Shown here piece after piece: positions 33,739 through 40,246 of a stretch of DNA of 40,246 bases; the stretch's first letter is position 1, and each line of letters begins with the position of its first letter. Position numbers and translations under genes: made by a program. The stretch lies in assembly GCA_012862495.1 (NCBI GenBank), contig BLSG01000379.1, positions 124,211 through 164,456 of the forward strand. The letters are read 5' to 3'. The notes below the pieces were generated by a model. The model did not search any database. It was given only the letters and a program-made list of their open reading frames with translations, and was not told the origin of the DNA. Source of the stretch: Thraustochytrium aureum. Lineage: Eukaryota.

Positions 33739-34878
33739 TTAGCAAACCTGCCTGCAGGCCTGGATGAAGGCGGTGCCGTCGTTCAAGTCAGTGCCAGGAG
33801 GCAGCTGCACGACAAGGCGGGGCCCATCCTGGGGGCAGTCGATAATCGCCGTCAAGTTGGCGAAAACCTCGGCGTTGATGCCGCCGTCAGCGCAGGCGTC
33901 GCAAAGCCACCACTTGCTCTCGTCGGGGACGCCCGGCGGGAAGGGGACACAAGTGAGATACCGGCACCACTCGCACCACTCGTTCGCGTCGCTCCCGCCG
34001 CCGACGCCAAAGTAGAGCACGAAGAGACCGACAACCACCATGATGGGCGTGAGCACAACCGAGATGACCTGAAGAACGACCTGGTACGTCTTGCGGTCCT
34101 TGAGCTCCCCGTTGCGAGTGTACCGGTTGGAAACGAGAACGCCAAACCCGCAGACAAACCCGCTGAAGAACCCGCCCAGATGCGCAAAGTTGTCCAAGAA
34201 GGGCATCAAGCCCAAGATCATGTTGAACGCGGTCGCCAACAGAAGCTGCAGGAGGCTCTTCCAGCCCTCGCCCTGGTACAGCGACCAGTTGAGGAAAAGT
34301 TCGCTCCAGGCGCTGCCAAATATCGCAAAGATCCCGCCCGAGGCGCCGACGCCCACCACACGAGGGCTGAAGATGGCGCTGATAATGACGCCCATAAACC
34401 CGCCGATGAAGAAGATGTAGCCTAGCGCGAGGCTGCCGAACTGGCGCTCCAGCGGGAACCCGATGCTCCAAAGCCCGAGCATGTTGAACGTAAAGTGGAT
34501 AAGCCCGCCGTGAAGGAAGATCGGCGCGATGAGCCTGTACCAGTCGCCGTCGAGGATCAAGTCGGTGCGCTTGGCCCCCAGCTTGAGCAGCGTTTCCACC
34601 GAGGGCCCGAACGTGGGGTTCACGCTGAACGGCTCAAACTCCCAGTCGTTCACCGCGATTTCCACCAGCAACAGCAAGGCACAGCTCGCCATGATGCCCA
34701 TGCACACAAGGGGCCTCCCTGTCCTGCACCAGGACGCCCTCTCCACGACATTGGGCAGCTGGAACGAGGCGTAGCTCGACGCCGCCCTCAGCAGTTTGCG
34801 GTACGCCCGCGGCGAGGCGACCTCGCCTTCGCCCTGCCCAGCCGTGGCAACCGCGGCGACCGGCGCGTGCGACGACAT
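33739..34878 (-). CDS. Active rhomboid serine protease with Cys-rich C-terminus (plant RBL-like)
   Basis: WYRL, HGGLIH..FNM, catalytic GASGG and AHLGG, and WCEWCRYLTCVP. Start ATG 34878; an in-frame ATG at 35178 is an alternative. Confidence 0.92.
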   Translation of the reverse strand: MSSHAPVAAVATAGQGEGEVASPRAYRKLLRAASSYASFQLPNVVERASWCRTGRPLVCMGIMASCALLLLVEIAVNDWEFEPFSVNPTFGPSVETLLKLGAKRTDLILDGDWYRLIAPIFLHGGLIHFTFNMLGLWSIGFPLERQFGSLALGYIFFIGGFMGVIISAIFSPRVVGVGASGGIFAIFGSAWSELFLNWSLYQGEGWKSLLQLLLATAFNMILGLMPFLDNFAHLGGFFSGFVCGFGVLVSNRYTRNGELKDRKTYQVVLQVISVVLTPIMVVVGLFVLYFGVGGGSDANEWCEWCRYLTCVPFPPGVPDESKWWLCDACADGGINAEVFANLTAIIDCPQDGPRLVVQLPPGTDLNDGTAFIQACRQVC

Positions 34879-36393
34879 GTCGGGCCTTCTCTCGCAGCTC
34901 GTCCGCCGTCCTCGCAGCTCGTCCGCCGGTCTCGGCTGCCCGTGCCGCGCTCGACCACCAGAGCGCGCAGCACCCGACGCTCGCTCGCTCGCTCCCTTGG
35001 TGCTTGCTCGCCCGGCGGCTGCTGCCCGTGCCGCGCTGGACGCAGCGCTGGAGAAGGACGGAGAGAGCTGCAAGCAACGCGAGTGCAGCAGCGGCTCCTG
35101 CGGCTCCGCGGCCTTGCGCGCGAGTGCCTCGCCCGCCGCTGTTCGATGCGCGTCTGGAGCCTCTTCGACTGCCTCCATGAGCTCATCACAACAAAAAGGT
35201 ATTTCTTCTCTTTCACCTGCACCTCTCTTGAATAAAAAGCATTTTTTAATGCATTTTTGCGAAGGTATTTTCGTCAAGGTTAGTCACTGGTTTGCGTGAG
35301 GAGGTGGGTACGGCTTCTTCTCCCATTCGTCAGGGAAGGTACTAGCGCCCAGGAGGCGATGCGGCGCCCCTCTTGTACCGCAGTACTCACTCGGCACACG
35401 CACCGTTTTCTCTTTTNNNNNNNNNNNNNNNNNNNNNNNNNNNNNNNNNNNNNNNNNNNNNNNNNNNNNNNNNNNNNNNNNNNNNNNNNNNNNNNNNNNN
35501 NNNNNNNNNNNNNNNNNNNNNNNNNNNNNNNNNNNNNNNNNNNNNNNNNNNNNNNNNNNNNNNNNNNNNNNNNNNNNNNNNNNNNNNNNNNNNNNNNNNN
35601 NNNNNNNNNNNNNNNNNNNNNNNNNNNNNNNNNNNNNNNNNNNNNNNNNNNNNNNNNNNNNNNNNNNNNNNNNNNNNNNNNNNNNNNNNNNNNNNNNNNN
35701 NNNNNNNNNNNNNNNNNNNNNNNNNNNNNNNNNNNNNNNNNNNNNNNNNNNNNNNNNNNNNNNNNNNNNNNNNNNNNNNNNNNNNNNNNNNNNNNNNNNN
35801 NNNNNNNNNNNNNNNNNNNNNNNNNNNNNNNGCTGTCCGTCCGCCTGCGGGCGGAGGTACAGAGGATAAACCGACGAATGCTGAGCTCGCTAACGTGGCG
35901 TGGCCTTCAGAGGGTCGAGGGTTTACCGTGGATGGAGCGATCGGACTCTGCCGTGCGGGACGGAAGGCGCGGGCGGCCAGAATTTTGACCTTCGATGTGG
36001 CGCCTGTGCGTTGACAAATGGAATCAGACGCGGTGGAGTTCGACGACGGATCGATTGGAAGTCAGACCTGTTGCGTGGCCTGCCTGCCTGCCTGCTTGCC
36101 TGCCTGCCGGCCGGCCGGACACTTTGCTGCTTGGCTTGAACGAGCGGCCAGGCTCGGGCCTCGTTTTCGGTCTGGTTGACGCAGTCCCGTTTTGCGCGAC
36201 GACTTGGACGTGGCAGCGCGAGCTTGGGCTGGCTGACGGCTGTTGGAGCACGGCGACCTTGCTAGCCTTGAGTCGCTTGCACGGGCGGCGCAGTCGGACG
36301 GCCAGCGCAGTCGGACGGCCAGCGCAGCTCCGGCTTGACATTCCCTTCGGCTCCTCCCCGCGGACCGCGCCAGTTGGCGGAGGCGGCCGAAGA

Positions 36394-38758
36394 ATGAAGC
36401 AGATGAAGAAACTCAAGCGGAGGCTGCTCGAGCAGATCAGGAGCTCGGGCGGCGTCCCGCCCAGCGTCCGCGACAACGAGTTTGCAAAGGAGCAAGAACA
36501 CTTTATGGAAAGCAAGCGGTCCCTGGTACGCATCCAGGCCGCCATGGCGGCCTGGGCAGGGGCGCTTGACGCGTTTGGTGCCTGCTCGCAAGTGCTTGCC
36601 GAAGAAATGGCGCGACACACCATGCTGCTCGCCAAGCCGACAGACCCTACCAAGCACGGCAGCGGCGCTTCCGACCCAACAAAGTACTGCCGCGCGCTGC
36701 AAGGCCTCATGACAACGGTCGACAAGGTGTTCAAGCCTGTGCACGACGTGTTTCTGGACGCCGCGCTCAGGCCGCTCTTCGAAACCGTCAGCGCCCAAGT
36801 GCCCGCGATCGAAGAAGCCTTCGAAGACCGCAAGCGCAAGCTCGCCATTTGCAGCGGCACGAGGCGAGCCCAGCCAGAGTCGGACGGCGATGAAAACGAC
36901 GCCCCCAACGCGCACGCGTCTCTGTCGGTGCAGCCCCGAGGCAAGCGAGCGCGCATCCTTGCCGCAGAGCAAGCTCTGCAGGAGAGCACCCAAGTCTGCA
37001 TGGATCAGGTGAGGCGCTTTCGCGAGGAGCGGACCCAGCGCATCCCGCTTGAGATCGGCGCAATCATCGCATGCCAGTACGAGCTCTCCCAGCGCGTGGG
37101 CCGCGAGCTCGCCGGGTATGTCCCGCTGTTTCCAGAAGCAGCCTGCGTCATGGTCGACGTCGCCACGGGGTCCCTGAACACGGCCGAACGGAGCGAGCGC
37201 AGGCGCCGCGAAAAGCTCGAGCAGCCACAGCGCCCCGACCGCGACCCTCGCCGCCGGCGCTGAGGGCCAGACACGCAAGCTGCGCCGGCCGTTCTCCGCG
37301 TCCAGCCACGGCTCGGGGAAAATGGCGCCAAGCGCGCAGCCCGGCTGCGAACCTGATCGTGACTCGCCATTAATGCGGCACCACCAGCAGCAGCAGCTGC
37401 TGATCGAGGAAGGGTTCATCAGCGCGGCTTCGGCCAGCGCGGCCGCCAAGCGCGCGACCAAAGCGGCCACAACCCACCTCCACCACCCGCCGGCCCTCCC
37501 GAAGCCGATTCTCGTTTGGAATCAAGCGGACTCGCAACAGCACAGCCATGAGCCCGGATCCGCGACGCCACGTTGCNNNNNNNNNNNNNNNNNNNNNNNN
37601 NNNNNNNNNNNNNNNNNNNNNNNNNNNNNNNNNNNNNNNNNNNNNNNNNNNNNNNNNNNNNNNNNNNNNNNNNNNNNNNNNNNNNNNNNNNNNNNNNNNN
37701 NNNNNNNNNNNNNNNNNNNNNNNNNNNNNNNNNNNNNNNNNNNNNNNNNNNNNNNNNNNNNNNNNNNNNNNNNNNNNNNNNNNNNNNNNNNNNNNNNNNN
37801 NNNNNNNNNNNNNNNNNNNNNNNNNNNNNNNNNNNNNNNNNNNNNNNNNNNNNNNNNNNNNNNNNNNNNNNNNNNNNNNNNNNNNNNNNNNNNNNNNNNN
37901 NNNNNNNNNNNNNNNNNNNNNNNNNNNNNNNNNNNNNNNNNNNNNNNNNNNNNNAGCCTGTTGAGCCAGCTGCGTGCCGAGGCCGTGCGCGGCGAGCAGC
38001 GCTGCTTCTCCGAGGCCGACGAGGCTCGAGCAAGCGAAGACGACAGCGACGAAGATGGCGGCGCGGGTTCTGGGCGTTCTGCCCTGCTCGAGCGCGACGA
38101 ACGCGGGAACGACGACCTCGCCGAGGAGCCCGCGCACGCTCAAAGCGCGATTGACAGCGCCTGGGCCGAGCAGAACGACCTTCGGGCCACGCTAGACCGT
38201 GGTCAAAGGTTGTACCTCGAGGCCACGCGAGACCGTGGTCAGGCGTTGCCCCGCAACGTCGATGGACATGGGGAATGGCAGGCTCAGAACGGGCTTGCGT
38301 CGCTGTGGAGCGGCAGCAGCGGGGCGGATGGCGGCGAGGACTTTGATGCGGTCGCCCCGCTCACGCTGCACGTGGAACTCTGCGAGCCGTGCGGGATGGA
38401 CGACCGCGACGAGGAGGACGAGGACCTCGCCACGTCGTCTTGGTCCTCGAGCGTGCAAGGCTACAATTCTGGCAAGTCGGACAGCCTGCTGCTCAAAAAG
38501 TCGAGCAATTCTGGCAAGTCGGACAGCCTGTTGCTCAAAAAGTCGAGTTCGTCGAGCACCAGCTTTTTCTTCCCAGAGCTAACTTGCCCGCCACCGCCAG
38601 CGGTCCCAAAGGCGAAACCCGGCACTGGAGCAGGCGCGCATTTATGCCCCTTGCAGGACGGCGATGCCGAGGACGGGGATCGCAGCTTTTCTGCGCGGCA
38701 TGCGCCTCAGTTCACTTCCGTTGGCTTTGCTACGCTGCACGAGCAGTTTCGCGTGTAG
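36394..38758 (+). CDS. Putative N-terminal BAR-domain protein with a long disordered tail
   Basis: MKQMKKLKRRLLEQI...DNEFAKEQEHF... three-helix pattern (VFLDAALRPL, IEEAFEDRKRKL, VRRFREER). An extra base at ~37175-37200 links to the frame ending at 38758; gap 37577-37954. Confidence 0.55.
38464..38547 (+). repeat. In-frame 42-bp tandem duplication (NSGKSDSLLLKKSS x2)
   Basis: CAATTCTGGCAAGTCGGACAGCCTG(C/T)TGCTCAAAAAGTCGAG at 38464 and 38506; one synonymous difference. Confidence 0.95.
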
Positions 38759-38919
38759 CGAGGACGGGCGTGTGCCTTTGCAGGCCAGCATTGAAATAGA
38801 AAACCCAAACCCCAGCCACTGCTCGCTTCGCTCCCGCCTTATCGCAAGCTACAGTGCAGGCCTAACAGATAAAGGAGAAAGAAGGCGCTACAGCACGAGC
38901 GCGGGGCGCCGCCTGCGCC

Positions 38920-40246
38920 CTACAACACGAGCTCGGGGCGCCCCCTGCGCTCTGGCGGCTTGCTGTGGTGAAACCCCGGCAGCCTATAGCCGCCCTGTTC
39001 GGCTTGGCCCACTAACGATCCTTGCCAGCCTGGTTCGTGCTCATGCCCAAAGGCGATGTTCACAGCCGCAGCGGCGGCGCTCGCGGCATGCTCTGCGCGC
39101 TCATTGTCGCCGCGCTTGCCCTGTGTCGCTCCGGCCGACCAAGACGCAGCCGCGCCAACGTCGAGCCCACGGGACGGGTACTTGAAGAGGTATGGCCGCG
39201 CCTTGAAGGCCGCGCGCCAGCCGACGGCAAAGCAGAGCGAGGCGACGGAACAAATGACCGCGCCAACACTTCGAGGCGTCCACTGCCCCTGCTGGCGCCC
39301 CGCGAGCAGCGCCCAGGCAGTCGGCGCGGCACACACTGCGACCGCGAGCCAGGGCAGCACGTTTATGCACGTGATGGCGACGTCAGGGCCGAACCGCGGC
39401 GACACGGGTTCTGGATGCGCTTCTAGCGCAGCGAGCTCGATCCTCAGCTTCAACCAGAGGAGCAGCGCGCTCGTGACAAGCACATACGGGGCCCACGGCG
39501 CGAGAAAGAGCCCGAGGCCCACCACTGCGAGGGTTTCGGCGCTCAGGTACCCCAGCGCAACCGTGGGCTCGGCCTCGCGCGCCCCGAACGAGGTCTGGTA
39601 CCGGTCCCTTGCAGAGGCGGCCTGCACGACCACACCGACCTGGAAAACGGTGGCCAATATTGCCGCACAAGCCACTTTGCGCTCGTGCGAGCTCACGCCA
39701 GCGCCGCTCTGCGCTGTGCCCAGCAGGGGGCCGACAAAGCCGAGCGTGTAACTCGCGATCATGGCCGCTGCGCCCCTGCATCGGTCCAGCTCGCGCAGCG
39801 AGAAGGTGGCGCGCGGGCGCGAGGGCATCATGCTGCGCCGCGAGGCGCCCGCCGAAAGCGATGCAAACATCAGCCCAGAGCCCACGAAGATGACCAGGGC
39901 GTCCCAGAAGGGGTGCGGCGGACCCGTCGCCAAAAGCGTGCCCCCCACAAAGCCGGACGCGCAGAGCGCCAAGAGGGCGGCGACCAGAGCGGCTTGGCGT
40001 CGCGCGCTCGCGCCGCCCAGGTCGACGTCCGGCCGCAGCGCCTCAAAGTCGATGTCGTCCGCCTCTGGCGGAAACCGCACAAACAAAGGCTGCAAATCCT
40101 CCCCGAATCTCGCATGACTCTGCATGGAGGGCGCGAAGAACCAGCGCGCTGCGTGGTCGTGCTCGCGCCGGTGGCCGCCTAGGACCGGCCCCGACGCTTC
40201 GCCGGACGACGCGGCGGCGCAGCACAGGCCTGCCCGCGTCAACTGC
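38920..40246 (-). CDS. Multi-pass membrane protein, 5' end beyond the right edge
   Basis: Frame is open from the window edge to the stop at 38920, with about 7-8 hydrophobic segments. Family not recognised with confidence. Confidence 0.6.
   Translation of the reverse strand, partial: QLTRAGLCCAAASSGEASGPVLGGHRREHDHAARWFFAPSMQSHARFGEDLQPLFVRFPPEADDIDFEALRPDVDLGGASARRQAALVAALLALCASGFVGGTLLATGPPHPFWDALVIFVGSGLMFASLSAGASRRSMMPSRPRATFSLRELDRCRGAAAMIASYTLGFVGPLLGTAQSGAGVSSHERKVACAAILATVFQVGVVVQAASARDRYQTSFGAREAEPTVALGYLSAETLAVVGLGLFLAPWAPYVLVTSALLLWLKLRIELAALEAHPEPVSPRFGPDVAITCINVLPWLAVAVCAAPTAWALLAGRQQGQWTPRSVGAVICSVASLCFAVGWRAAFKARPYLFKYPSRGLDVGAAASWSAGATQGKRGDNERAEHAASAAAAAVNIAFGHEHEPGWQGSLVGQAEQGGYRLPGFHHSKPPERRGRPELVL

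Larger units (their letters stand above)
2455..37954. other. 13 assembly gaps (N runs)
   Basis: 2455-3204, 5894-6060, 9118-9428, 12183-12390, 14673-14973, 17518-17709, 19857-19927, 26273-26626, 27866-27983, 29953-30276, 32306-32566, 35417-35831, 37577-37954. Confidence 0.98.

Noticed and set aside
600..37200. Frameshift sites as tiny introns or Euplotes-type AAA-TAR programmed frameshifts
   Set aside because: Domain sequences continue with a 1-nt correction and no loss of residues, no AAA-stop motif is present, and genuine introns here are 74-93 nt with clear branch points.
1..40246. Transposon, viral or prokaryotic defence genes
   Set aside because: No transposase, reverse transcriptase, integrase, capsid or Cas motifs seen in any frame; content of the N gaps is unknown.

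Overview
Eukaryotic, GC-rich, gene-dense and intron-poor draft-scaffold window with 13 N-gaps. Intron style, microsatellites and gene set suggest a protist, possibly a stramenopile such as a thraustochytrid/labyrinthulid; this is inference only. About 14 protein genes are visible: a two-block LRR protein running off the left edge, AP-5 beta subunit, PDX2 glutaminase (2 introns seen), an ERICH2-like acidic protein (1 intron), a ~3,500-codon Tudor/EF-hand/SAM/SPRY protein, a frameshifted Sfi1-like Trp-repeat protein, an MPPED-type metallophosphoesterase, a Cys-rich (CX3C) membrane protein, PIG-P, dynactin p50, a plant-MKP1-like phosphatase-gelsolin protein, an active rhomboid, a BAR-like protein, and a multi-TM protein running off the right edge. 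About 11 single-base frameshifts, many at C/G runs, are most likely sequencing errors. The best novelty candidate is a 183/182-bp tandem duplication at 8161-8525. Its minus strand folds into four stems, shows a compensatory base-pair change between the copies, and carries a CAG|GT donor-like site and an Sm-like U5G tract. That is the layout of a spliced-leader/snRNA-like RNA (hypothesis, untested).
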